From Eubacteriales bacterium (GTDB taxonomy: Bacteria > Bacillota > Clostridia > Oscillospirales > SIG627): a DNA stretch of 64,000 nt. This document shows positions 9,040 through 18,864 of this stretch, one piece after another. The position numbers were made by a program, and so were the translations under genes. Below the pieces are notes generated by a model that was not told the DNA's origin, searched no databases, and saw nothing but the letters and a program-made list of their open reading frames with translations. Location of the stretch: contig JAZQMO010000019.1 of assembly GCA_045543495.1 (NCBI GenBank), forward strand, positions 17,056-81,055, given 5' to 3'. The first letter of the stretch is position 1. The number at the start of each line of letters is the position of its first letter.

Positions 9040-10287
9040 ATGAAACAGAGCTTTTTGCTTCCTGAGGGTTTTTCGGCGGGCTTTTCCCGCAGGATCGTAA
9101 CCCCTGAAACGGGCACCAGTCTGGGGGGCTTTCCCGGTGCCAACAAGCGCCTTTCCGACACTGTAATAGACGATCTGACTCTCTCCTGTCTGGCTCTTTC
9201 CGATGGGGAAGAGGTGATCCTTCTCTTTTCCTCCGACTCCATCCATGTGGGCAAGCCCATTGCGGATGCGGTGGCAAACATTGCCCTTGAGGAGTATGGG
9301 ATCCCCGAGGAACACGTTTTGATGAACGCCACCCACACCCACTCAGGCCCCTCCCTTTACAGCGGCCGTGGGGTGGGAATTGAAAAATACACCTCCGAGA
9401 TCTATTATCCCGCCGCCAAGGCTCTGATGGGTGAGGCCCTTCGTGATCTTGCCCCTGCCCGTGTTCGGGTGGGCAGAGTGGATACCACGGGCCGCAATTA
9501 TGTGCGCCGCTATATGAATCAGGTCACGGGGGAGTATGCGGGGAAGAATATTCCCTTTCATTCCGATCCTGCCGTCTTTGAGCACGAGACCGAGGCCGAC
9601 CATGAAATGCAGGCGGTCTCCTTTGACCGAGGAGATAAAAAGGAAATCCTTCTGTGTAATTGGCAGTGCCACGCCACTCACGTGGGCAAATCCAAGGAAA
9701 CCAAGGTCTCCTCCGACTTTGTGGGAGCCTTTCGCACCGCCGCCGAGGAAAAGGGAGACATTCATTTCTTCTATTTGCAGGGTGCCGCAGGGAACGTAAC
9801 TCCCTCAGGCCGTCTGGAGGGGGACAATCGCAATGCCGACCACATCGGGCAAGGAGAAAAGCTTGCCGAGCTTTTGTATGCCGCCCGTGAGAGGGCAAAG
9901 CCCGTGGCCACGGGGAAAATAAAGCTTTGCCGCCTGACCCTTTCCGTTCCCTTCAGCCATCGCTACTGTCTGGAGGAGCATAAGCTCTTCGGCACCGCCA
10001 CCGAGCTGTATCTGTTTGCCGTTTCCCTCGGGGATCTTTGCATCGGCACCGTTCCCGGAGAATGGCACGATGTGTTGGGAATGGAGCTGAAGAAGAAAAG
10101 CCCCTATGCCGTCACTCTGGTGGGGGCGTATACCAACGGCTGCAACGGGTATTTCCCCGCCTCCTTCGCCTTTGACCACGGCGGATACGAGGTGAAGGCA
10201 TGCCGCCACGAGAGGGGTACCTCCGAAATGTTTTTGGAAACGCTGTTATCGCTTTTGAAGGAAATGTACCCGAGCCGTATGGACTGA
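9040..10287 (+). CDS. Neutral-ceramidase-like amidohydrolase, paralog 4 (cytoplasmic form)
   Basis: ORF 9025..10287. ATG 9040 follows an AGGAGA SD. Starts MKQSFLLPEGFSAGFS, with no signal peptide. NATHTHSGP, RNYVRRY, CNWQCH, LQGAAGN, GGYEV. Confidence 0.8.
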   Translation: MKQSFLLPEGFSAGFSRRIVTPETGTSLGGFPGANKRLSDTVIDDLTLSCLALSDGEEVILLFSSDSIHVGKPIADAVANIALEEYGIPEEHVLMNATHTHSGPSLYSGRGVGIEKYTSEIYYPAAKALMGEALRDLAPARVRVGRVDTTGRNYVRRYMNQVTGEYAGKNIPFHSDPAVFEHETEADHEMQAVSFDRGDKKEILLCNWQCHATHVGKSKETKVSSDFVGAFRTAAEEKGDIHFFYLQGAAGNVTPSGRLEGDNRNADHIGQGEKLAELLYAARERAKPVATGKIKLCRLTLSVPFSHRYCLEEHKLFGTATELYLFAVSLGDLCIGTVPGEWHDVLGMELKKKSPYAVTLVGAYTNGCNGYFPASFAFDHGGYEVKACRHERGTSEMFLETLLSLLKEMYPSRMD

Positions 10288-10308
10288 TCTTTCCCTGCAG
10301 CGCTTTTT

Positions 10309-10337
10309 GGGATGGGCTTTTTGCCCGTCCCTTTTTA
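10309..10337 (+). terminator. Rho-independent terminator after paralog 4
   Basis: GGGATGGGC(10309-10317)/GCCCGTCCC(10323-10331, one G-U pair) followed by TTTTT. Confidence 0.6.
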
Positions 10338-10386
10338 TATGTTCTGTGACTTTTTTTGTGTGATGGGGGATTTTTTTCTTTTTTTC

Positions 10387-10415
10387 TTGCGAAAAGGCCC
10401 GAACTGAATTATAAT
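10387..10415 (+). promoter_or_regulatory. Sigma-A type promoter of array unit 4
   Basis: TTGCGA (10387-10392), 17-nt spacer, TATAAT (10410-10415). Confidence 0.55.
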
Positions 10416-10443
10416 GGGGGTAATCTATAAGCAGGAGGCTATT

Positions 10444-11823
10444 ATGAAAAAAATAGTGAGTATCTTACTCCTTCTTTGTATTCTTCTGACCCTTTGCTCT
10501 TGCTCCTCCTCTTTGGCGGCAGAAACGGCAGGGAAAACGGAGGAAACGAAAGACAAAATCGCAACGGGAGAGAAGGGCACCGAGGAAAAGGAGCGGGAGG
10601 AAGTGACCATTCCTCAGGGCTTTTCTGTCGGCTATGCCAAGGGAGAGGTCAATCCTGCGGTGGGCACGGGGCTCGGCGGCTACGGAACGCAGAATGACCG
10701 TGTCAGCGGAAGGATCATAGACGATCTGTATCTGACCTGCACCGCCATTTCCGACGGAGAAAACACCGTTCTCATCTTCTCCGGTGACTCCATTCACGTG
10801 GCAGGCTCCACCGCCGCCAAGGTGGGAAGCATTGCAGAAAAGAACTTTGGAATTCCCGCAGGGAATATTATCATCAACGCCACCCATACCCACGCAGGCC
10901 CCGCCATTCCCAATTCCAACGCCCCCGGCATTGCTTCTTACCTGAAAAAGTATTACGCCGTGGCAGAGGAAATGATCTATCAGGCGCTTTTGGATCTGGA
11001 GAATGCCACCGTCTATGCGGGCAGCACCGTTGCCGAGGGGATGAATTATGTTCGCCGCTATGTGAATATTCAGACCGGAGAATATGCGGGGAAAAACCTG
11101 CCTGACGGCTTGGATCCCGCCGTGTACGGTCACGAAACGGTGGCAGATCCCGAAATGCAGATCCTCCGCTTTGACCGTGCCACCAAGAAAGATGTGATCC
11201 TTTGCAACTGGCAGTGCCATCCCACTACAACGGGTAGCTCTACCGGCAGCACCGTTTCCGCAGACTTTATTGCCTACTTCCGCTCTGCCGTGGAGGAAGC
11301 GGGCCATCTCTTCTCCTATCATCAGGGGGCAGGCGGAAATCTGGTTGCAGGCAGCCGTATTGCAGGGAATCAATCAAACAGCGATTATATAAAATACGGA
11401 AAGGATCTTGCCGCAATCGCTCTCGGTGCTCTGGAAAAGCTCCCTCAGGTGGAATCGGGTAAGGTGCAGGCGAAAAAATACACCTTCACCGGCACACATT
11501 CGGAGGAATACAGAAAAAAGAATAAGATCGAAGCCACCACGGAAACCTTTTCTCTTTCGGTTCTTTCCATCGGAGATGTGGCCTTTGCCACCGCTCCCTG
11601 TGAGCTGCACGATACCCTCGGTGTGGAGATCAAGACAAAGTCTCCCTTCAAGTTGACCTTTGTCTGCGGCTATACCAACGGTACCGTAGGCTATATGCCT
11701 GCCTCCTTTGCCTTTGCAAACGGCGGCTACGAGGTGGAGAGCACCCATTTTGTTCAGGGCACGGGAGAGGCGATCGTAGCCGATCTTCTTGGCAATCTGA
11801 ACGAAATTTATACAACCAAATAA
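10444..11823 (+). CDS. Neutral-ceramidase-like amidohydrolase, paralog 5 (lipoprotein form)
   Basis: ORF 10414..11823. ATG 10444 follows an AGGAGG SD. MKKIVSILLLLCILLTLCSC signal/lipobox. 35-aa linker. NATHTHAGP, MNYVRRY, CNWQCHPTT, HQGAGGN, GGYEV. Confidence 0.8.
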   Translation: MKKIVSILLLLCILLTLCSCSSSLAAETAGKTEETKDKIATGEKGTEEKEREEVTIPQGFSVGYAKGEVNPAVGTGLGGYGTQNDRVSGRIIDDLYLTCTAISDGENTVLIFSGDSIHVAGSTAAKVGSIAEKNFGIPAGNIIINATHTHAGPAIPNSNAPGIASYLKKYYAVAEEMIYQALLDLENATVYAGSTVAEGMNYVRRYVNIQTGEYAGKNLPDGLDPAVYGHETVADPEMQILRFDRATKKDVILCNWQCHPTTTGSSTGSTVSADFIAYFRSAVEEAGHLFSYHQGAGGNLVAGSRIAGNQSNSDYIKYGKDLAAIALGALEKLPQVESGKVQAKKYTFTGTHSEEYRKKNKIEATTETFSLSVLSIGDVAFATAPCELHDTLGVEIKTKSPFKLTFVCGYTNGTVGYMPASFAFANGGYEVESTHFVQGTGEAIVADLLGNLNEIYTTK

Positions 11824-11927
11824 CGGAAGCAAAGCCGCCTTTTTCAAAAGGCGGCTTCGTTACAATTTGGACTTGTTTTTTGTGCAAAAGATTGTATTTT
11901 TCTTCTGTTTTTTGTGCTTTTCACACC

Positions 11928-11956
11928 TTGCTTGATCCTTTGTTTTTGTTTATAAT
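11928..11956 (+). promoter_or_regulatory. Sigma-A type promoter of array unit 5
   Basis: TTGCTT (11928-11933), 17-nt spacer, TATAAT (11951-11956). Confidence 0.55.
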
Positions 11957-11990
11957 AGAAATATACAGGAAATCTCAACGGAGGCTTATT

Positions 11991-13367
11991 ATGAAACGAA
12001 TTCTTGCTTTGCTTTTGTGCTTATCTTTGCTGTTTTCCGTCTCCTGTGCCGCCTCTCTCCCGAATCAAACCATAGGGAAAACCGAGGAAACGAAAACCCT
12101 CCCCGCAGTGGAAAGCACCACCGAGGAGGAGAGGGAAACAGGCCCCATCCAATTGCCCCAAGGCTTTTCCGCAGGCTGGGCAAGAGAGGTGGTCAATCCC
12201 GATCAGGGTACCAGCCTGGGCGGCTGGCCCACGGCGGAAAAGAGACTCAGCGGTGCCATTGTGGACGATATTAAATTGACCCTGACCGCCCTTTCCGACG
12301 GGGAAAAGGTGTTTTTCCTCTTTTCTACCGATGCTGTGGCGGTCTCCGAAAACCTCTTTGATCAATTTGCCGCTTTGGCAGAAAAAAATCACGGGGTGCC
12401 AAAGGAGCACGTCATCGTCAACGCCACCCATTGCCATTCGGCGCCCGCTTCCTATATTTCTGCCTTGCCCGGTGTTGCAAAGTATAACAGAAAGCTCTAT
12501 TCCGTGGTGGAAAAGCTGATGGATCAGGCCCTGCGGGATCTTGCTCCCGCCACCGTTTTGGTGGGCAGAAGCAAAACGGAAAATCTCAATTACGTTCGGC
12601 GCTATGTGACCCCCGACGGCAAAACCTATCTGGGCGGCACCGCCATGGCAACCGCCTCCTCCCAATACGCTCGCCACGAGACCGAGGCGGATAACGAAAT
12701 GCAGGTGATCCGCTTTGTGCGGGAGGAGAAAAAGGATATCGTTCTCTGCAACTGGCAGTGCCATCCCACCACAATGAGCTCCGAATTCGGCACCACCGTG
12801 TCTGCGGATTGGGTCGGCCCCTTCCGTGATGCCGTGGAGCAGGATGAGGACATCGTTTTTTCCTACCATCAGGGAGCGGCGGGCAATGTTGTTCCCTCCA
12901 CCCGTATTCAGGAGGAAAAGGGAAATGGGGACTATAACCTCCACGGCAAGGCTCTGGCCGAGGTGGCAAGAGCGGCGCTTCGTGATGCCGTTCCGGTGAA
13001 AACAGGCCCCTTTTCTGCCGTGCGGGAGGGCTTTGTGGCCACCCATTCCGATGCCTACAAGAAAAAATCGGGCACCCGATCCAATACCGATACCTTAAAT
13101 CTCACCGTGCTTTCCATCGGGGATGTGGCCTTTGTCACCAACCCCTGTGAAATGCACGATACCAACGGGCAGGAGGTCAAGGCCGCATCGCCTTATGAAA
13201 TGACCTTCGTCTGCGCCTACTCCAATGGCTCCAAAAGCTACATTCCCTCTTCTCTTGCCTTCCAAAACGGGGGGTATGAGGTCAATTCCTGTCACTTCGT
13301 TGCGGGAACGGGGGAGGCCATAGTGCAAAAGCTTTTGGAAATGCTGAACAATCAACACAACGGATAA
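11991..13367 (+). CDS. Neutral-ceramidase-like amidohydrolase, paralog 6 (lipoprotein form)
   Basis: ORF 11880..13367. ATG 11991 follows a GGAGG SD. MKRILALLLCLSLLFSVSC lipobox. 35-aa linker. NATHCHSAP, LNYVRRY, CNWQCHPTT, HQGAAGN, GGYEV. Confidence 0.8.
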   Translation: MKRILALLLCLSLLFSVSCAASLPNQTIGKTEETKTLPAVESTTEEERETGPIQLPQGFSAGWAREVVNPDQGTSLGGWPTAEKRLSGAIVDDIKLTLTALSDGEKVFFLFSTDAVAVSENLFDQFAALAEKNHGVPKEHVIVNATHCHSAPASYISALPGVAKYNRKLYSVVEKLMDQALRDLAPATVLVGRSKTENLNYVRRYVTPDGKTYLGGTAMATASSQYARHETEADNEMQVIRFVREEKKDIVLCNWQCHPTTMSSEFGTTVSADWVGPFRDAVEQDEDIVFSYHQGAAGNVVPSTRIQEEKGNGDYNLHGKALAEVARAALRDAVPVKTGPFSAVREGFVATHSDAYKKKSGTRSNTDTLNLTVLSIGDVAFVTNPCEMHDTNGQEVKAASPYEMTFVCAYSNGSKSYIPSSLAFQNGGYEVNSCHFVAGTGEAIVQKLLEMLNNQHNG

Positions 13368-13380
13368 AAGGAGAATTTCG

Positions 13381-14760
13381 ATGAGGCGAATCGTAGCTCT
13401 GGTGATGGCAATTTGGCTCCTCCTGTCCCTTGTCTCCTGCGCTTCTTCCCTTGCCGTTTCCGAAACGGCGCAGGATACAACACAAAAAGGGGAGAAAACG
13501 GAAGAAAAAACCGAAGAAACAGAGGCAGAAAAGGGCCCCATCATACTTCCCGAGGGCTTTTCCGTGGGCTTTGCAAGAAAGGTCATCAATCCCGAATCGG
13601 GGACGGGGCTTGGGGGCTTTGCCAACGGCTACAGCCGCCTTTCCACCGTGGTACAGGATGATCTGATGCTCACCTGCACCGCCTTTTCCGATGGGGAACA
13701 GGTCTTTCTGTTTTATTGCTATGATATTTCCTATGTAACGAACACCTTGGTGGATTCGGTCACGGCAAGGCTTGAAGGGCTCTTTGACGGCATCACCATC
13801 CCCCCTGAAAACGTGATGATCAATACCACCCATACTCACGCCGCTCCCGCTCTTTCGGATTCCAATACCCCCGGCATCGGGATCTACTTGAAAAAGCTTT
13901 ATCCCGCCTTCTATCAGGTGGCAGAGGATGCCCTTCGGGATCTTTCCCCCGCCACGGCCGAAATGGGCGTGACCCATACAAAGAACTTAAATTACGTCAG
14001 AAGATACGTGACCCCCGACGGCAAGACCTATCTCGGCAACTGGCCCGATTTTATGGACTCTACCGAGGGGCGCCACGAAACCGAGCCTGACAACACGATG
14101 CAGCTGCTTCGCTTCCGAAGAGAAGCGGGGAAGGATGTGGTACTGTGTAACTGGCAGTGCCACCCCTGCTCCCCCGGCATCGGAACGGCAAACGGCACCA
14201 AGGTCTCCTCTGACTGGATCGGCCCCATGAGAAAGCAGGTGGAAAAGACCGAGGACGTGCACTTTGCCTTTTTCCAAGGGGCCGCAGGCAATCTTGCCTC
14301 CAATACCCGTATTCAAGGGGAACAGGACAATAAGGACTATGTGGCCAAGGGCAGAAAGCTTGCCGAGGCAGTCAGCGGCGGCCTTGGGAATATGAAACAG
14401 GTGGAAACGGGAAGGCTTGCGGCAAAGCGGATCGAATATCCTCTCACCCGCCGTCCCGATAAGGGCGGCACCACGGATACCTTCTATCTTTCCGCCTTTT
14501 CTCTGGGGGAGATCGCCTTTGCCACCGCCCCTTACGAGATGCACGATACCAACGGCGTGCAGGTGAAGGAAGATTCCCCCTTTGAAATGACCTTTCTGTG
14601 CGCTTATACCAGCGGTATGTTCAGCTACATTCCCGCTTCCTTTGCCTTTGAAATGGGCGGGTATGAGGTGGAGAAATGCTATTACGAGAAAGGAACCGGT
14701 GAGATTCTGGCAAACAGGCTCATCACGCTGTTGGAGGAAATAGATGCTTCGCAAAAATAA
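13381..14760 (+). CDS. Neutral-ceramidase-like amidohydrolase, paralog 7 (lipoprotein form)
   Basis: 459 aa. MRRIVALVMAIWLLLSLVSC lipobox. 35-aa linker. NTTHTHAAP, LNYVRRY, CNWQCHPCS, FQGAAGN, GGYEV. Starts 13 nt after paralog 6. Confidence 0.8.
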   Translation: MRRIVALVMAIWLLLSLVSCASSLAVSETAQDTTQKGEKTEEKTEETEAEKGPIILPEGFSVGFARKVINPESGTGLGGFANGYSRLSTVVQDDLMLTCTAFSDGEQVFLFYCYDISYVTNTLVDSVTARLEGLFDGITIPPENVMINTTHTHAAPALSDSNTPGIGIYLKKLYPAFYQVAEDALRDLSPATAEMGVTHTKNLNYVRRYVTPDGKTYLGNWPDFMDSTEGRHETEPDNTMQLLRFRREAGKDVVLCNWQCHPCSPGIGTANGTKVSSDWIGPMRKQVEKTEDVHFAFFQGAAGNLASNTRIQGEQDNKDYVAKGRKLAEAVSGGLGNMKQVETGRLAAKRIEYPLTRRPDKGGTTDTFYLSAFSLGEIAFATAPYEMHDTNGVQVKEDSPFEMTFLCAYTSGMFSYIPASFAFEMGGYEVEKCYYEKGTGEILANRLITLLEEIDASQK

Positions 14761-16135
14761 GATGAAACGAATCGTGTCAATCATTCTTGTTCTTTTGATG
14801 ACTCTGTCCCTTGTCTCCTGCTCCTCTTCTCTCATCGCTCCCGACACGGCGCATAAAAAAACGCAGGAAGAGGAGAAAACGGAAGAAAAAACGGTGGAAA
14901 CAGAGGCAGAAAAGGGCCCCGTGGTGCTCCCCGAGGGCTTTTCCGTGGGCTATGCCAAAAGGGCGGCCAATCCCCAAGCGGGGGTGGGAATGGGAGGCTA
15001 TTCCAGTGTGGATTCCCGCCTTTCCGAGGTGAATTTGGATGATATTATGGTCACCTGCACCGCTCTTTCCGACGGAGAAAATGTGTTTCTTCTCTTTTGC
15101 TCCGATACCCTCTATGTGGGCGAGGATATTGTGGATGCGGCGACAAAGCGGCTGGAAAAACGCTATGAGGGCATTACCATCCCTGCCGAAAACATCTTTT
15201 TCAATGCGACCCACACCCATTCCGCTCCTGCGGTGCATCTTGAGAACGCCCCCGGAATCGGGCGGTATATGAAGGTGTATTATCCCGCTCTGTACGCTGC
15301 GGCCGATGGGGCCATGCACAGCCTTTCTCCCGCCACGGCGGAATACAGCTCGGTGAACACCGAGAATTTGAACTATGTGAGAAGGTACGTCTCTCTTGAC
15401 GGCAAGACCTACATCGGCGGATCGGGCCTTCCCGGAAATCAGGATCCCGCTCTGGTTCGCCACGAGACCCAGCCCGATACCCAAATGCAGCTTTTGCGCT
15501 TCCGTCGTCAGGAGGGAAAGGATGTGGTGCTGTGCAACTGGCAGTGCCATCCCTGCTCCTCCAAGATCGGTGCGGAAAAAAGCATCTATATTTCCGCCGA
15601 TTGGTGCGGACAGATGAGAAAGCACGTGGAACAGAATCTGGGCGTGGAATTTGCCTATCTGCAGGGGGCGGGAGGCAATCTTGTGTCTTCCACCAAGATC
15701 CGCGGGGAAAAGACCAATTCCGATTATTTGCAAAAGGGAAAGGAATTGGCCGAGGTGGTAGAGGGAGCGCTGGAGAACACAAGGCTCCTTCATACGGGTG
15801 CCTTCCGAGCCCATCGGGAGTCCGTTCCTTATCCCCGCAATGCCAAGAACCCCTCGGGAGACGATACCATGTATCTTTCCGTTCTTACCATCGGGGATGT
15901 GGCCATTGCCACCGTTCCCTGTGAATTTCACGATACCCTGGGCGTTCAGGTGAAGAGCGAATCGCCCTTTCCCATCACGCTGATGTGTGCCTACACCAGC
16001 GGCTCCCACGGCTACATTCCCGCTTCCTTTGCCTTTGAAATGGGCGGGTACGAGGTGGAATCCACCCGCTACGAAAGAGGAACGGGAGAGAAGATGGTCG
16101 AGGATCTTTTGACCATGCTGCGAGAGATTCAATAG
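14744..16135 (+). CDS. Neutral-ceramidase-like amidohydrolase, paralog 8 (lipoprotein form)
   Basis: 463 aa. A GGAGGA SD lies 5 nt before ATG 14744, which overlaps the end of paralog 7 by 17 nt. MLRKNKMKRIVSIILVLLMTLSLVSC lipobox. 35-aa linker. NATHTHSAP, LNYVRRY, CNWQCHPCS, LQGAGGN, GGYEV. Confidence 0.8.
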   Translation: MLRKNKMKRIVSIILVLLMTLSLVSCSSSLIAPDTAHKKTQEEEKTEEKTVETEAEKGPVVLPEGFSVGYAKRAANPQAGVGMGGYSSVDSRLSEVNLDDIMVTCTALSDGENVFLLFCSDTLYVGEDIVDAATKRLEKRYEGITIPAENIFFNATHTHSAPAVHLENAPGIGRYMKVYYPALYAAADGAMHSLSPATAEYSSVNTENLNYVRRYVSLDGKTYIGGSGLPGNQDPALVRHETQPDTQMQLLRFRRQEGKDVVLCNWQCHPCSSKIGAEKSIYISADWCGQMRKHVEQNLGVEFAYLQGAGGNLVSSTKIRGEKTNSDYLQKGKELAEVVEGALENTRLLHTGAFRAHRESVPYPRNAKNPSGDDTMYLSVLTIGDVAIATVPCEFHDTLGVQVKSESPFPITLMCAYTSGSHGYIPASFAFEMGGYEVESTRYERGTGEKMVEDLLTMLREIQ

Positions 16136-16141
16136 ATCAAT

Positions 16142-16185
16142 GGGGAAAACTCCTGCTTCGGCAGGGGTTTTCCCCACTTTTTTTC
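16142..16185 (+). terminator. Rho-independent terminator after paralog 8
   Basis: 15-bp stem GGGGAAAACTCCTGC/GCAGGGGTTTTCCCC (one mismatch) with a TTCG loop, followed by CTTTTTTT. Confidence 0.8.
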
Positions 16186-16269
16186 GTTTTTGGAAAGCGA
16201 ACGCACAAGTTCGGCACGGATTTGTGCATTTTTATGCAAAATATTTCGGAATTTTGGTTAATTTTTACC

Positions 16270-16298
16270 TTGATTGCAGGGGGCTTTTCCGATATAGT
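16270..16298 (+). promoter_or_regulatory. Sigma-A type promoter of array unit 6
   Basis: TTGATT (16270-16275), 17-nt spacer, TATAGT (16293-16298). Confidence 0.5.
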
Positions 16299-16345
16299 AA
16301 AGACAAGCAAAAAAACTGTTTTTGACAGGGAAAAAGGAGTATTTT

Positions 16346-17608
16346 ATGATGGAAAAAATGGTAAATCAGGGGATCACTTTCCCCGAGGGCTTTTCCGCAG
16401 GCTTCGGCCGTGCGGTGGTCAATCCTCTGCCCGGTACGGGTATGGCAGGCTGGGGCAATGCGACCCGCCGCCTTTCCGACCAAGTCGTAGATGATCTGAT
16501 GGTCACCTGCACCGCCCTTTGCGATGGAAATGAGGTGGTTCTGATCTATTCTCAGGACAATGGCTTTTCCGACCGCGCCATTTACTGTCGCATTACCGAA
16601 AAGCTGATGGCGGATTACGGGATTCCCGCCTCCCACATCATCGTCAATGCCACCCATACCCACTGCGCCCCCGCTATGTCCGATTCTTCGGTCCCCGGTG
16701 TGGAGGAATATCTGACCCGCTATTACGAGGCCGTGTACCGCATCGCCCACGAGGCCCTTTTGGATCTTGCTCCCGCCGAGATCCTCTCGGGAAAGACCTA
16801 TACCAAAAATCTTTCCTACGTGCGCCGCTACCTCTCGAAGCGTGACGGCTCCTTCATCGGCAACTGGCCGCCCATTCAGTACCCCACCGAGGCTCGCCAC
16901 GAGACCGAGCCGGACGAGATGCTTCAGGTGCTTCGCTTTGTAAGAAAAGAAAAGAAGGATATCGTCCTTTGCAACTGGCAGTGCCATCCCTGCTCCGAGA
17001 GGCTTGCGGGAGAAATGAGAAGCGAGATCTCCTCTGACTGGATCGGTGTGGCAAGAGAAGAGGTGGAAAAGAGAGAGGATGTGCTCTTCTCCTTCCATCA
17101 GGGCGCTTGCGGCAATGTGGTCTCCACCACCCATATTGCAGGAGAAAAGAACAATATCAAATACCGCACCAAGGGAATGGAGCTTTGTATGGCCATTCAG
17201 GAAGCCTTGGGAGACACCGGAAAGGTAAATGCGGGCAAGATTCAGGCCGTTCAGAAGGAATTTTGCGCCAAGCGAAGCCGTGATTGGATGGAGCGCTTTT
17301 CCGCCAAGACCGATCACGAGAATCTGTTTTTGAACATCATCGCCATCGGTGATATTGCCTTTGCCACCGCTCCCTGTGAGTGGTACGACGGCTGCGGTCG
17401 CTTCGTTCGGGAAACCTCCCCCTTCAAAACCACCTTTGTTTGCGGCTATACCAACGGCTCTCACAGCTACATTCCCGCCTCCTTCTGTTGGGAAAACGGT
17501 GGGTATGAGATCAAAAAATGCCACTTTGAAAGAGGCACGGGCGAAAAGATCGCCTTGGAGCATATTGAAGCATTAAATGCGTTATACGCAGAAAGAGAGG
17601 AACTATAA
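16346..17608 (+). CDS. Neutral-ceramidase-like amidohydrolase, paralog 9 (cytoplasmic form)
   Basis: ORF 16322..17608. ATG 16346 follows an AAAGGAG SD. MMEKMVNQGITFPEGFSAGFG. NATHTHCAP, LSYVRRY, CNWQCHPCS, HQGACGN, FCWENGGYE. Confidence 0.8.
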   Translation: MMEKMVNQGITFPEGFSAGFGRAVVNPLPGTGMAGWGNATRRLSDQVVDDLMVTCTALCDGNEVVLIYSQDNGFSDRAIYCRITEKLMADYGIPASHIIVNATHTHCAPAMSDSSVPGVEEYLTRYYEAVYRIAHEALLDLAPAEILSGKTYTKNLSYVRRYLSKRDGSFIGNWPPIQYPTEARHETEPDEMLQVLRFVRKEKKDIVLCNWQCHPCSERLAGEMRSEISSDWIGVAREEVEKREDVLFSFHQGACGNVVSTTHIAGEKNNIKYRTKGMELCMAIQEALGDTGKVNAGKIQAVQKEFCAKRSRDWMERFSAKTDHENLFLNIIAIGDIAFATAPCEWYDGCGRFVRETSPFKTTFVCGYTNGSHSYIPASFCWENGGYEIKKCHFERGTGEKIALEHIEALNALYAEREEL

Positions 17609-18862
17609 ATGGATCAGATGAAAATGAAGCAGCAGGGAATTTCCATTCCCGAGGGCTTCTCCGTTGGCTTCGGCCGCAGAGGGATCAATCCCCCTCCCGG
17701 AACGGGTCTCGGAGGATGGGGCAACTCCGATGTGAGAGTGTCCGATCAGATCAAGGACGATCTGGTGCTCTCCTGTACTGCTATTTGTGATGGTGAGGGC
17801 TTTCTCCTGCTTTATTCTCAGGATACCACGCAGTCCGGCAAGTCTCTGCAGGAGACCTTTGCCGCCGAGATCTTTGAGCTTTACGGGATTCCCGCCGAGC
17901 GTGTGATCATCAACGCCACCCATTCTCACACCGCTCCCGATATTCTGTCCAAAAAAGCCGCCGGGCACGAGGCGTATCAAGCCCTGTACCGCACCGCCTT
18001 TTTTGAGGCTACGGCAGAGGCTCTTTCAGACCTTGCCCCCGCCGAGATTCTGGCAGGCAGAACCTATACCGAAGGGATCTCCTTCGTGCGCCGCTACCTT
18101 TCCAAAAAGGATGGTTCCTTCCTCGGCAACTGGCCGCCCTTTCAGTATCCCGAAGAGGCCTATCACGAGACCCGCCCCGATGAAATGCTTCAGGTCATTC
18201 GCTTTGTGAGAGAGGCGGGGAAGGATGTGGTGCTCTGCAACTGGCAGTGCCACCCCTGCTCCGAGCTTGCAGGCTCCAAAAAGAGCGATGTTTCCTCTGA
18301 CTGGGTAGGCGTTTGCCGCAGTCAGATCGAGGCCAGAGAGGATATTTTCTTCTCCTATCATCAGGGTGCCTGCGGCAATGTGGTTTCCGGCTCCAAGATG
18401 GCCAATGATTCTCCCTTGAGATACAAGGCAAAGGGACATAAGCTTTGCTTTTTCGTTCAGGAAGCCCTCCGTGGGGCAACGCCTGTGAAATCGGGCAAGA
18501 TCCGTGCCGAGAAGCACGATTTTTACGCTCCCCGCAGCCGTGAATGGATGGAGAAATTTGGGGCTGAGAAGGATCACGAGTATCTCAATCTTACCACCGC
18601 CTGCTTCGGAGACGTGGCCATTGCCACCGCTCCTAACGAGCTGCACGACACCTGCGGAAGATTCATCCGTGAGGGCTCTCCCTTTAAGATGACCTTCTTC
18701 TGTGGCTATACCAACGGCTCTCAGAGCTACATTCCCGCCGCCTTCTGCTGGGAAAACGGCGGCTATGAAGTAGGAAAATGCCACTTTGTCCGTGGTACGG
18801 GCGAGAAGCTGACCTATCATCACCTGGATCTCTTGAACGAATTTTACGAAACGAGGGACTGA
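17609..18862 (+). CDS. Neutral-ceramidase-like amidohydrolase, paralog 10 (cytoplasmic form)
   Basis: 417 aa. The ATG directly abuts the paralog 9 stop (TAAATG). NATHSHTAP, ISFVRRY, CNWQCHPCS, HQGACGN, FCWENGGYEV. Confidence 0.8.
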   Translation: MDQMKMKQQGISIPEGFSVGFGRRGINPPPGTGLGGWGNSDVRVSDQIKDDLVLSCTAICDGEGFLLLYSQDTTQSGKSLQETFAAEIFELYGIPAERVIINATHSHTAPDILSKKAAGHEAYQALYRTAFFEATAEALSDLAPAEILAGRTYTEGISFVRRYLSKKDGSFLGNWPPFQYPEEAYHETRPDEMLQVIRFVREAGKDVVLCNWQCHPCSELAGSKKSDVSSDWVGVCRSQIEAREDIFFSYHQGACGNVVSGSKMANDSPLRYKAKGHKLCFFVQEALRGATPVKSGKIRAEKHDFYAPRSREWMEKFGAEKDHEYLNLTTACFGDVAIATAPNELHDTCGRFIREGSPFKMTFFCGYTNGSQSYIPAAFCWENGGYEVGKCHFVRGTGEKLTYHHLDLLNEFYETRD

Positions 18863-18864
18863 AA

